Shown here: positions 39,295 through 51,981 of the stretch, piece after piece
How the letters are laid out: the number at the start of each line of letters is the position of its first letter
Numbering within the stretch: position 1 is the stretch's first letter
NCBI GenBank assembly: GCA_943704425.1
Contig: CALSCP010001613.1
Coordinates: 64,957 to 128,956, forward strand
Origin: Ministeria vibrans ATCC 50519
Lineage: Eukaryota > Protista > Filasterea
DNA: 64,000 nucleotides
Direction: 5' to 3'
Notes under the pieces: generated by a model
Seen by the model: the letters and a program-made list of their open reading frames with translations, nothing else
The model's database searches: none
Told to the model about the DNA's origin: nothing
Translations under genes and position numbers: made by a program

Positions 39295-42200
39295 ATGCGA
39301 ATCTACCTTCTTCCAAAGATATCCAAGCTACAGCGTGGCATCTACGCGTCTGGTATTGTCAAGCTGGGCGGCTACGTTGCCAGCGCGGGCCTTGATGCGA
39401 CCACAACGCACATTGTGGGACCCGACGCGTAACGAAACACAAACCCCACTCCCCCTCACTCACAGGACTTCTTCAGGACTCGCCAAGAGACTCTAGACTA
39501 CCTCAGACGCTCTGTTAAGGGCCACGAGCACGTGACACCGGCCACAAAGGTGCTGAACAGCCGTTGTTGAGTGACCGTGGCTGATTGTGTTGAACTGAAC
39601 AATTACCTTTTTCCAGATTCTCCCCGACCGCTGGCTCCAACAAAGCATTCGTCAGAAGAAGTTCCTACCCGAGCAACTCTACGAACTGTTGGACCCGCCG
39701 CCGTCGCCGAACGAGCCCAAAGCATCCGCAACAAAGCGAAAGAGACGCTCGAGCGGTTCGTCAAGCGACAGTGACACTTCTGACTCAGACAATGAAGACG
39801 CGCGACAGGCTAAAGGCGGTCACGCTCGCAGTGAAATTAGCGGAAAACTACCGGCAGAGGCCTTCCGCGCTCGATTCATCCAACAGAACGGAGAAATTGC
39901 CGACAAGACGAAAGTTCCTCTGAGCAAAGGTATACCCAAAAAATTGTTTATTGCATCTACTTTTTTTTTCCCGATTTGTTTTTTTAGCACATTACACTCA
40001 CACAGAGCCGTGTCGACGAAGCACACGCGAACATGGCAATCGTAATGGCGAACTTTCGTCGCTCTTTACACAGTTGGCCAACTTTTACAAGTGAGACGAA
40101 AACAGACAACTCATGCGTAAATGATTGTAGTAATATTGTTCTTTTTGTTGTTGTTCTTATTAGAATAAATGGTGGAGGAATCGACTCTCAACGCCGCTAC
40201 ATTGCATTTCGAAGGGTTGCGGTAAGAGTCATACAAAAAGAAAAATTGCTGAGGATTTCATTTTTAACTTTCAAGTTTAAATTGTTATGAAAGGGTCATC
40301 AACAGTTTTTCAATGACAATAATACTCCATTACAAACAATACTAAGAAAAGAATGTCCTACTTATAGGCATAAAAATGATACACAAATAATTTAAAGAAG
40401 TGACTCTAGAACAAAAAGAATATTGATAATCAGTATAATAATAACTATGTAGCTGCAGCTGTGATACAAACGCCATTAACACTGACCATAATTTTAAAAA
40501 TAATATCAATAATAATATTAATATTAATAATTGAACAACAGCTCATTAATATTAATAATAATTTATATTAATAATTTTATTGCGCCTTTATAATAATCAT
40601 GAAACATCAACATTGTAACACTCGTTTCTCTTCCTAGGGATCTCTTCGCGCCTGTCCCTTCCGCATTACCTCCTCCGAACAAGCACGTCTACTCCCGCAA
40701 ATCAGCGACAAGAGCGAACTGATCATTGACGAGTACTTTAGGACGGGAGAGATTAAGCGACTCGAAACCTTCAAACAATCCAAAGAACGTAAGCACAATA
40801 CCGACAGACTAATCCACTAATCTTTTTTTTTCTTTCAGTTCAAATTATTAAAGAACTGACTGAAATTCACGGGGTGGGTCCATCTGTTGCCCGCTTGTGG
40901 CTCAATCAGGGAATCACGTCCATCAGAGTAAAAACTTTAATAATACAATTAATTATTATTATATTAATATTAATTTTAGGATTTGGTGGAACGACAAGAC
41001 GAATTGAAACTGACGCGATTGCAAAAAATTGCACTAGAGTGTCATTCTGATTTGAAACAGCCTTTTTTACGAATGGAAATTGAAGGTCCAAAAATCAATA
41101 ATATTATTACTAATAATTATAATAATTATAATAATTATTATAATTTTCCTCTGACGTTTGCTTTTTTCTTTGTTTAGAATGTGCTAAACTGTTTGAGTCG
41201 GTAAAGAAAAATGAGTGTTGTTATGATTAAATGTGGACTGAAGGAAATCAAAAGATATTTCAAGGAATCGACAGAGAAATCAAATTTGAGGGTCAGCACT
41301 TCAATAATACTAATAATAATAATAACATTTTTATTAATTGTAAATGATATCTTTTAGTGTGCGGATCGTATCGCAGAGGAAAAGAAATGTCACATGATAT
41401 GGATATTATTCTAACTCATCCAAACTACAAAAGTAAGTGAAAAAATCAATCTTGCTGCACTTCCTGAAACCTTTTGACTTTTTTAAGATGAAGAAGAAAC
41501 TCTTATGAATCGCATTTTGAGTGAGTTTCGCGCAAGACAGATTCTCATTCACGAGCTTTCGCGCAAAGACAATGAGTTTGCAGACCCAAAGGCAAAAAAA
41601 CAAAAGGTACAAAAATGAGAATAAAATTGTATTTATTTTTATTATTATTATTATTATCAATTCATTATTAATCATTGTGGTTTTGTAGTTGAAAATGGAC
41701 GGAAGTGTTGCCGAGGGAAAAGGACTTACTCACACTCATTTGCAGGTCTTGCAAAAATATAATAATGAATAGAACAATAATACTTATCTTTATGACAATG
41801 TGTGGTTTTTTATGTAGAGACACGATGGACTATTGGGAGTGTTTCGGCCGTTTCCTCTGAGTCCGTTGCGTCGCATTGACATTACGTATGTTCCGTATGA
41901 ACAGTATTACTGTGCCATTCTCGCGTAAGTGAACTCTCACTCTATCGCACTATGCTCTTTGCTGTATTGTCATTCTCTCGTTTGAGTTTGAGATTTGATT
42001 GAAATTGTGAGATCGATTCTGTCGTTTTCTCGTTTGACTTCGGCGTGCGTCTCATAATTATATTTATAATTATAATGGTTTATTTCCTCTAGCTTCAAAT
42101 TATCGAATGTGTTAATAATTAATATTTTTGTGCGCAGTTGGACGGGAAGTGACTTTTTCGAGCGAAGCATTCGTCATGTGGCCGATCAGTCTAATTGGCA

Positions 42201-42370
42201 TTTGTCCCATCACTCTCTGTCAGACCAAGATCGAAATTTTGTTGATATTCAAAAAGAAGAAGGTTGAAAAAAAGAGATGCTAAAAATAATTATAATAATC
42301 ATTTTTTTTTTTAGATATTTTCACTGCGCTCAATTTGGAATATCTCACACCGGAAGAGAGATGTGTATAA
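39295..42370 (+). CDS. Family X DNA polymerase with N-terminal BRCT (pol mu/Pol4-like), multi-exon
   Basis: BRCT-like start (LGGYVAS...TTHIV), Hh[56 protein letters not shown] and LEYLTPEER. Stop at 42368-42370. Confidence 0.88.
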
Positions 42371-42745
42371 AATATAATAATATTATAATAATAATTATTA
42401 TAATAATCACTATTATATTAATTTTATGCTATTATTACCGAAACTGACTGTTTGAATACGAATACCATGTCGCCGCTAAACTAAACAAGGCCCGACCGAC
42501 ATTGGGTCACTGTGATGTGTATTGATGCGTTCAAGTTTTGACGCGGAAAAAATGCAAAAAAAAAAAAAAAAGATTTGTCGAGTTCATTTGTTTGCCTGTC
42601 CGACAAGCCTTTGAAGACTGGCTCGGTCCGAATGCCGGTCGCTCTTCGTGGGATCCCATCGCGNNNNNNNNNNACGCGGAAAAAATGCAAAAAAAAAAAA
42701 AAAAAGATTTGTCGAGTTCATTTGTTTGAGTGAAACCATATAGTC

Positions 42746-43396
42746 TTATTCGTCTGATGCGTTGAGTCCCTTTTGAACGTTTTTTGCTCCATTATCAGTA
42801 ATTTTCTCTGGTCCTATAAGAGCAACACACAATTATTCAAAAAGGTCGATAACAATTCAATTGTTATTAGCCTACCAGCAATCATATTTCCCATAATGAC
42901 TGCTTTGTTTGCGTTCTTATCGAGTACAATTTGAGCTGATTTCTGGTAGAATTGTGAGCCCATTACGGAAACGGAACTTCCGGCGTGCACAGAAATTGCC
43001 GGAAGTCCCTTTTTGGCGGAATCCCAATTGACGAAATTGCACGAACTGAATGTGACAATGCCCGAGCCAGAAATGTCAGCAATTTGATGGGCAGGACCCC
43101 AAAAGGCCTAAGTCGTTTAGGGTTATTTCGGGTTGTTATTTTTAGTGTTATCATCAAGATTGTTATTATAAGGGTTTGGATTGGGGTCGTGGCGTACTGT
43201 GTTAACGAAGCGCACTGATCCGGTGTTGGTTGATGTTGTGATGACATGAGTTGGATTGCCCACACACGAAGGGCAGAAATGAGGGTCAATAAACGAAGTG
43301 AATTCTCCATTGGTTATCAAAAGTCCCATCGGTTGAGATGCTAAAAACAATAATATTATAATCATATTCATGTTCACACACACACACACACACACA

Positions 43397-43480
<84 letters not shown>

Positions 43481-45128
43481 CTATGTTTCTTTCTCACACA
43501 CACCCTCTCTCTTTGACGTTTCTCTCTCTCTCGTTCACACACACCATCTAATGAGTATTGACACTACCTTCCACAACCACACTCGCATTAGTACACAAAT
43601 CCGCTCCAATGCCCAGGAAGTTTCCATTGCATGCGCCAGTCGACGACTCAAGGAAGTGATACCCAAACGCATAGCCAAAGGAAAATGTATTCAAAACGTA
43701 TTCCTGTCGGTCAATACGATTAAAGAAGTTCAGTGTGGATGAGAGAGAAAGAAAAATAATCAGATACACGAAACACACGGAAATACTCAAACTATAAAAC
43801 CCAATGCCTAATGTAAACTCATAAACACTGAAATAAAAGGGAAATTACACCAAAACACATGGAAGAGAGCCACAATGAGAATCAATGGGTGTTTTACCCA
43901 ATCGGAACGGGCAATAATGAAGGCACGGCCGTTGGTGAGCTGATTGCGCATTAGATCCGTGTTGCTGCTCCACCAGGGATTGAAATGCACATCCTCAATG
44001 CGACCTGTATGACATGAAATTATAGAATAATCAATATTATATGATTATATTATATAATTATGTGTGTGTGTGTAAATGGGGGGAGTGCGGTTGGATTGTG
44101 TGTGCGTGTGAGAGAATGTAATTGGTTGATGAAAGAGTGATTTTGTTGAGTGATTGTGAGTGAATGAAAGAGAGCGTGTGCAATTGGTTAGACAGTGAGA
44201 AAGTTCAAAACCTCCAAAACAAAAAACACGCACAACCACGTCATTGTAGTAGATACCAATGTCATATGTGGAATCGATCGACAATCCAAAATTCAATGGT
44301 TGGCCAAACACTCTGGCAATGTAGTGGCGAGGCGCCCCTTTGGCAAGAACTCCATTGTACGAGTTGACCAGCTCCACATCCTCCACCGCTGCGTCTTCGC
44401 CAATCAGTGAAATAGTCCAGGGATATTCCACTGCAACGACAATCAACAAACATGACACCAACAGCTCTACTCCAACCTGCTTCCGTCTTGGGGTCTTGCT
44501 CTGGGTAGAAGATAATGAGACCGCGAATGGCACTGTCGTCTTTCAGTTGAATAAAGGGAGTTGCACTTGAATTGCCTACGAGTAGGAGCAAAGGGAGTGA
44601 GTGACTGTCAGACAATAGTGCACTCTCTCATTCGCTCTTTCTCTCTCTCTCTCTCAAACTCCCGCGTCTTCGCACTCTCCTTTCAATCTGACCTGACCCA
44701 CCCGTCGGCAGCAGCACCGACCCAATGGTGGGCGGCACCCCGCCCTGTCCAGGATTGCTGGCAGGAGCGAACGTGTATGTTCCCTGCAACGTCACTGCCG
44801 TCGGCACCACAAGCGAACCTGCGATCAGAAACTGACCCGCCGGCACGTAGACCACTCCGCCGTCCGTAAGGTTTGCCAAGGCACGCTGGAAGGCGGCTGT
44901 GTTGTCCGTCTTGGCGTCTCCTAAGCGGTGTTTGGTTTGTTTACACACGTCGCCTCCTCCTTCCTTATTTCTCACCAACAGCGCCAAAATCAACAACGTT
45001 CACCTCAGACCACGCGTTGTTGTTGACACCGTGTGTGTTAGGAGCACCCGAGCGGAGGGTGAAGCGTAGTCGTGTTCGGCTTGGATCAGTCGCTGAACCA
45101 CAAAGTTTGTCTCAACATTTTCATTCAC

Positions 45129-45160
<32 letters not shown>

Positions 45161-45210
45161 GCACTACCGTAGACAACCGCCACCCAAAGAGCCAGTAGAA
45201 AAATACGCAT
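42746..45210 (-). CDS. Secreted pectate-lyase-3-like right-handed beta-helix glycan-active protein, multi-exon
   Basis: Signal MRIFLLALWVAVVY; VNVVDFGAV/GDAKTDNTAAFQRAL...GGVVYVPAGQF; RIEDVHFNPWW; EYVLNTFSFGY; CNGNFLGIGAD. Stop at 42746-42748. Confidence 0.8.
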
Positions 45211-45505
45211 GGAACTTTATAAGACTGATGCCACTTTGATCGTTAAAATTTGTGACTTTTTGATAAATTAAATCTTGAATGAAGAGAGCCAAGTAGAAAC
45301 GAAGTAGACAGGAGTGCCGAGAGGAAAGGGAGACAGGATGGCGAACGGTGAATGGGCCAGATTGATGAGGTGATCGGCCCGCAATCATGATCTTTGATTC
45401 GGTACAAAGAACGTCCATTGCAATTCATTTGCAAGACTAGGTAGGGACGGTAAAAAGAGGGGGGTAAAGTGATTATAGAATCTAACACTTTTAGTTTGTT
45501 TTTTA

Positions 45506-47029
45506 ATGGAAGGCTCATCGTATCAGCTCCTCTCTGTCACAAATGACAACAGCGAGACCCGAGGGGCTTGGTGGCGACGACGAATTCAACTGTCCATGAT
45601 GCTCTTTGGTGCCATTCTTGCTGCGCTTGCTGGTGTCATTGTTGCGCTTGTTGTTGTTGCCACGTCGCCGAAAACGAATGGTAATGCCCCAGCTCCTCAG
45701 CCACATACCTACCCTGCTGGGGCTCGTCGGTTCTTACACTTCTCTGACGCTCATCTTGACATTTTTTACAACGAAACGATATCCACCGAAACATTTTGCC
45801 GATATACGCCGCCCACGGCGACTCTCGCCAACTATGTTGCACGTTACGGTCGTGTGGGCTGCGACGCGCCTTTGGCTCTTGTCCAGTCGCAGTTGATGGA
45901 AATGGAACGTCGCGCAAGTGACGCCAACGCCGAGTTTGTCATCTTCAGTGGTGACAGCGCCGCCCATCGTCTGACGAATGGTGTGTCGCCTGAAATTGGC
46001 GCTGACCGTGTGTTTGCGTGTATGGCAACGTTTGCCGAACATCTTGAGCTCGCGTTCCCCACTACCGCTGTGTTTCCTTGTTTCGGAAACGACGACTCGC
46101 CCGTCAATTACGTGATGCCAAATGTGACCAGTCCCTGGCTCGCTGACGTACTTCGACTTTGGACCCCTCTTATATTGAAGTCGCCCTTTGTTTTGATCAA
46201 TCAAACGGTGCTGAATGAAACATTTTTAGCGGGCGGCTACTATTCGCTGACTTGGAACGCTGACCCTGCAACACCCCTCCATATCATTGTTCTGAACACC
46301 AACTTTTTCTCCGTGAGCACGAGTACGACAGCGGAGAATATCCAACGTGCCGATGTTCAAATGGAGTGGTTCATTTCCGAGCTTGGTCGGGCCCACGAAA
46401 AAGGTTGGCCGGCAGTTATTGTAGGGCATATTCCGCCGATTGTGGATCCGTATCACCAGCAAAACACCCCATTCAATGCCTTGTGGCAGGCAAACTTTGA
46501 AGACAGGTATCTTGATGCTTTAGACACATATCGAGAGGTGATCTACGGGCAATTTTTTGGACACCTGCACCGCGACGACTTTAAGCTCGTGCACGCTTCG
46601 GGTACACCTACCACCGCCCCCACCACCCTCCCCATATTTCTTTCTCCCGCCATTTCGCCAGTGTACAACACGAACCCTGGCTTTCGGGTGATGGTTAGCT
46701 CACACAATTGGACTATGCTTGACTATTCCCAATTCTTCTCCGCAACCATTCAAAGTGCCGCACACCAACTGGTTGACTGGAATTCAGACTACACCTTCAG
46801 CTCTCGGTATGGTTGCGAAATTGGTCGCTCTGGCGCATGTGTCATCAGCATCAACGACCGTCTCATTGAGGATGCCTCCCGCACTATTTGGTGGCTCTAT
46901 TGGAACTCTCGTCAAGTTCACCTGATCAGCGATCCTGGCAGTTGCTATGCCTTTTACTGCCTCATGCGCTACTCTGTCCTTGCCGACGTTGAACAATGCG
47001 CCGCCACCTACCCATTTCAATACAATTAG
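45506..47029 (+). CDS. Acid-sphingomyelinase-like (SMPDL3/PPN1-type) calcineurin-like metallophosphoesterase with a type II membrane anchor, intronless
   Basis: N-terminal TM helix; motifs HFSDAHLD, GCDAP, SGDS, GNDD, GHIPP, GHLHRD and PAISP...NPGFR. Confidence 0.85.
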   Translation: MEGSSYQLLSVTNDNSETRGAWWRRRIQLSMMLFGAILAALAGVIVALVVVATSPKTNGNAPAPQPHTYPAGARRFLHFSDAHLDIFYNETISTETFCRYTPPTATLANYVARYGRVGCDAPLALVQSQLMEMERRASDANAEFVIFSGDSAAHRLTNGVSPEIGADRVFACMATFAEHLELAFPTTAVFPCFGNDDSPVNYVMPNVTSPWLADVLRLWTPLILKSPFVLINQTVLNETFLAGGYYSLTWNADPATPLHIIVLNTNFFSVSTSTTAENIQRADVQMEWFISELGRAHEKGWPAVIVGHIPPIVDPYHQQNTPFNALWQANFEDRYLDALDTYREVIYGQFFGHLHRDDFKLVHASGTPTTAPTTLPIFLSPAISPVYNTNPGFRVMVSSHNWTMLDYSQFFSATIQSAAHQLVDWNSDYTFSSRYGCEIGRSGACVISINDRLIEDASRTIWWLYWNSRQVHLISDPGSCYAFYCLMRYSVLADVEQCAATYPFQYN

Positions 47030-47243
47030 GAGTCGTTCGCTTATTTTACTTTGATTCTCTCTTGTTTTTTTTTTTTTTTTAGGGATGATTTCGATTATTT
47101 TGAGACTTGAGACAATCCTTTTTATTTTTTTCTCTCCCCCTTTCATCTGTCAACGAGAAGGAAATTACCGGCACGATCAATTAGATCAAACGCAGTCAAC
47201 GCACAAACGAGTGTCGACGACTGCCCATTCTCCTCCCATCATC

Positions 47244-49798
47244 ATGAACACATCAGAGTCGGTAACGTTTCATTTACTCTCTCATACCCTTTCTCTGCGG
47301 CTCTCACGAAAGTTCTCTCTGTAGAACGAGATTGCGAGTGGTCTCTCTGGTGACCGCCGCAGCACAAACAAGCATCATCCAGACGATGCGGCCCTTCGTC
47401 GGATGAAGTTTCATCAAATGAAAAATATTAGCGCAGAGTCGGCGCAACTGAATCTTTCAACCTCACGTGACCCACGTCTGAGCTCCTCCGAGCATCTCGC
47501 CGAGATCCACCGAAAACTCGAGCATGAAGTGCTGCCCTTTGTGTCGAGCGAGCGCCAAGACCTTGCGGGAGAGCTTTTGCAAGAACTCTTCTCCGCCATT
47601 CTTTATCTCCAGCCTGATGTGCGTGTTGTGGAAGCGCGCGACTTGGGACCACTGGAGGAGCTGGCCCAAGGCGGTTTCTCAACAGTGTACGTGGGGAGGC
47701 TCGACGATGAAAGCGTAGTGGTCAAGAAATTCTTTAAGGGTGAGGAGCTAGCCTTTGAGCAGGAGTTGCGGATGTACGGCGCACTGAAAACGAAGCATGC
47801 ATACGTTCCCTTGCTGCATGCCCGTGGCACAATGGACGGCTTGCCTTTTCTTGTCCTGGAGCATTTCACCGACGACTTGCGAGGCTACATTGAGGGCCGG
47901 AAGAGTAATGACCCCAGCAGCGCTTCTGACCTGGACCCGTCCGTCGCGTGGCAGATTGCGCGCGACGTTGCGTTGGCACTGAACTTCCTACACCACAACA
48001 ACATTGCCCACCGCGACCTTCATGCGGGTAACGTTGTCGTTCGCTTCAACGGCTTGCACTTTGAAGGCGCCAAAGTGATTGACTTCCACACGGCTGCAAC
48101 CCCAGTGTCTCTCTCCAACACACGCACACGCCCCCTCCAGTTACAAGCTGTTCTTCTCGCGCCCGAATTTTGGCCACTGGATGCCAAGAACAACTCCAAA
48201 TGGGAAAATCACGCGAATTTTGATTGGCTCGCGGGCGACATGTATATGTTTGGTCTGCTTGTGGCGTACCTCAGCACTGGCGTCGACATCAAAATGAGCC
48301 TTGATCCCAGCGAGCGCACGGTGCCTCCATCGCTGGAGCAGCGATTCCTCCAACCACTGCCAAAGAAAAAGAACGAGCCGAGTGACGGCTACGGTCTCAT
48401 GGCCATCTTCCACAAATGCACCAACCCCAATCCGTCCCAAGACCCACTCGTCGGCCGTTGGCCCTCACGACGAATCGTGCGTGAGTACTTTAGCAAGGCC
48501 AACCCGTACGACCTGCCCATGTATGCCTACGAGTTCAGCTGTGGTCTCGTACGTATGACTCGTATTTTCATGCTAGATACAACAGTCAATGAGGTAGACA
48601 CAAACATAACCCACAATAATGTAGTATGTTTACTGGTCTCTCTTTATTAGTGTGACTCTCCCGCGTCGTACAACGTCATCAACGTGACAATACATGCCAC
48701 GCGCGGCTGTGAAAAGGGCACCTTTGATATCCCTCCGCGACGCCCTCCAGCGCATCTTCGCGAGGCTATGGCGGCTGCTCGTGCTAACGTCGTCAAGCTA
48801 GTTGAGGCCAAGAAAATCGAAGACAACCCGCTGCCTGCGCTCAAAGGATGCAAGCTACTGCGTCATGGCGAACGCGAAACGCAGGGTCTTGAGATGGAGT
48901 TTGACATGACCATGTAAGTCTACATGAGGGCCCTACCAATCATCAACTCACTTGCACTTTTATTGGGATTGGTAGGTACTCGTACCACCGCCAGGTTCGT
49001 GAAGTGTGGATTGGTCTGGAAGATGATGAACGTGCGCGAGTTATCAAAGAGAGACTAGATAAGGCCGCCGACAAGGCAGTCGATCCAGAGTGGAGCACCA
49101 GCTTTGGTCTGCACATTGCGGTCGTCACTGCTGACGCTGAGCCAGTGTTTGTCTTTAGCGAACGGAGTACGCGCGTAGCCCAGAGCCGTGGGAACTACGT
49201 GTGTGGTGCCGTTGAGTCGGTGAGTCCGATGGACTTTGTGTTCTCGGACGACGAAGAGTCAGCATCCAATAGCACAGGCTGGCGCGCAGCTGCGCTGGCC
49301 CAGGCGCGGGCCAGGGCATCTGCGGCCGGTCTACATCCCGAAGATGACCGTGTCATCGGCATAGGGAACATGTACGAGACGGCGGCCCGTGGCTTGAAGG
49401 AGGAACTGGGGATTACGGTCGATGAGAGTGCGTGGGGTTCGGCACTGAAGCTCACTACCGTGTACCTGAAGCTGGACACGCACGAGTGGGGCATGTGTGG
49501 TCTGCTCGACCTGTCGCTGATGCCAGCGCCCCAAGACCGCCTCACCTGGGTCCAAGTGCAAGACCGCTTTACCGGTCTCACCAAGGACAAGTTTGAGAGC
49601 CGGCGCCTGCATGGCACACCCATGAAGCTCCCCGCCATGGTCTCTTTCATTGAGAAAAACCTGGCCCAGTTTGCGTCGTCGACCAAGCTCGTCGTCGTCA
49701 AGGCCATGCAGCTTTACTTTGGAGTCCATCCCACCATGGCCATGCTTTCCCTCCCTTCCGTTCCTTCCACCGCTCCCACGATTAAAGAAGAAGAATAA
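47244..49798 (+). CDS. Protein kinase fused to a C-terminal NUDIX-like hydrolase domain (4 exons)
   Basis: Kinase motifs LAQGGFSTVY, VVVKK, HRDLHAGN, DFH, APE and DMYMFG. Introns at about 47262-47324, 48549-48650 and 48914-48976 keep the frame into SFGLHIAVVTAD...TAARGLKEELGI...KDKFE (Nudix-box-like). Confidence 0.75.
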
Positions 49799-50259
49799 AA
49801 AAGTTCCTCACTCGAAAGGAACTCGAAAGAATCAATAATAAAAAAGAAAAAGCAAAGTAGAAATTAATAGTAAGAACTTTTGTTTGCTTTACTTGAAATC
49901 AATTCTGCATTTCGCCAACTGTTCCGTACGGGCGGATAACTTGGTTCAAAGGATTTTTTTCATAGGACGGCGCAGAGCCAAGACACGTATTGTTGGGGGG
50001 CAGCCTCGTAAACTGCAGTTTGAAGATCAGGTCCAGGAGACTGTTGCCTACTTTCTTTCCTATATCCTCACGATCTACAACAAACGACCCAACATCGCCC
50101 CGCTACAAGTCGTGGACAGTATTAGTCATTATATAATTATGTCAGGGACTCTCGACCGCGATGTTAAAAATTAATATTATTATTAAGAAGAAGAAGAAGA
50201 ATACAACCCATTTATTAATGAGAAGATCAGCAAAGAAAAATTAATAGCCAATCGAGAGC

Positions 50260-50576
<317 letters not shown>

Positions 50577-50580
<4 letters not shown>

Positions 50581-51548
50581 TCTTGTTTTGACATTGAGTA
50601 CAGCTCTCGATGTCTCACTCTCAAGTTACGTACTTTGATTGGCACGTCGAAAAAGTCATTGTCGCAAACGTACGTGAGAACAAGATATGGCGTATCGTGC
50701 GCCACAATCCGAACAAGGAAGGTCATATTTTCTTCGTCAACAAGAGCGCTGTTGTCCTCGCTATAAAATCCGCCAAACCAAGACCGAGACTGCGGCTCTC
50801 TTGAATCCACCATTGATCCATAAGCGATGTCGCTCATCTATGTCACATTTATAGGTCAGACAGCTCGTTTCGTCTAAATGCAACTGTCCAGTGCTCACGT
50901 TGCCCAAAAATACGCGTTTCTTGCGCGTAGAGCTTGTCCGTGGTTGAAAAGGACCCAAGGCAACGACGAGCGTCTCAAACACCTCATCGACACGCTCGAC
51001 TGCCCCATCCGCTTGCTCTGGGCAAGCTCCGCTGAGTAGAGCCATGAACAAGTGCTTCCAGGATGAGAGAGACAGTCAGTCGCAAAGTGGAGAGAGAGAG
51101 AGAGAGAGAGGTTCGAGAGGAGGGAGAAAAAAACAAAGTGATAGAGAGAGAGAGAGAGAGAGTGAGTGAGTGAGTGAGTGAGTGAGTGAGTGTGTGACTG
51201 TGCGTGCGTGTGTATGTATGTGTGTGCGGCGGTAGACCCGTCGTACCCGAACCCGTCGAAGACGAAAGCGGTTGTTCTCGAAGTCTCTTTCCTAAACCAA
51301 AATTAGTGGCTTCGTAAAAGAAAGGCGCGAGGCAACGTGCCGGTCGTGCCGTTTCACATCATCACATCACGCGTACGTACTCCTCGATCAAAGATCAGGC
51401 CATGACAAAGAAACTCATCATTCTCAAAGTTTGCTGTACACTCGTTCAAAAGCGCTTGAATGTACGCCTCTCTGCCCTTGATGGCCGCATCAGACGCTTT
51501 TGCACGCGTTATAATCAGATCCATCAATTCTTTGTCGGCTCTGTCCAT
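50577..51548 (-). CDS. Hypothetical protein, multi-exon, structure uncertain
   Basis: Coding-like segments MDRADKELMDLIITRAK...LIFDRG followed by a GT donor, and ...FLVRIVAHDTPYLVLTYVCDNDFFDVPIKVRNLRV. They are separated by microsatellite-containing introns. No recognised domain. Confidence 0.4.
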
Positions 51549-51981
51549 GGGATTTCGCTAGTAGAACCAAAAAAAACTGTGAAACCCCAAAAACTACATC
51601 TTGTGAACATCTTGACTAAATGACTCGGTGATTTTCACTCATGACTCACGGATAAGTGACAAATGACGGATTCGGTATTACTGAAATGTCAATAATGATT
51701 GATGATTTCGAAAGAAAATATGAATAGGAATCCAAAAAAAACAATAATCGCGTGTAAACCCTAATAATACCAATATTATTAACAAAATAGCTGAGTGACT
51801 TGACTTCAGCTTTTTTCGCCTTCTTCTGATCTTCTCATTCTTCTGTTATTCTTCTCGTCAACATGGCCACTACTTACACCCTNNNNNNCCAATATTATTA
51901 ACAAAATAGCTGAGTGACTTGACTTCAGCTTTTTTCGCCTTCTTCTGATCTTCTCATTCTTCTGTTATTCTTCTCGTCAAC

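Noticed and set aside
42541-42728. Direct repeat ACGCGGAAAAAATGCAAAA...GATTTGTCGAGTTCATTTGTTTG around an N gap
   Set aside because: It spans a gap, so a real tandem repeat cannot be told apart from a scaffolding artefact.
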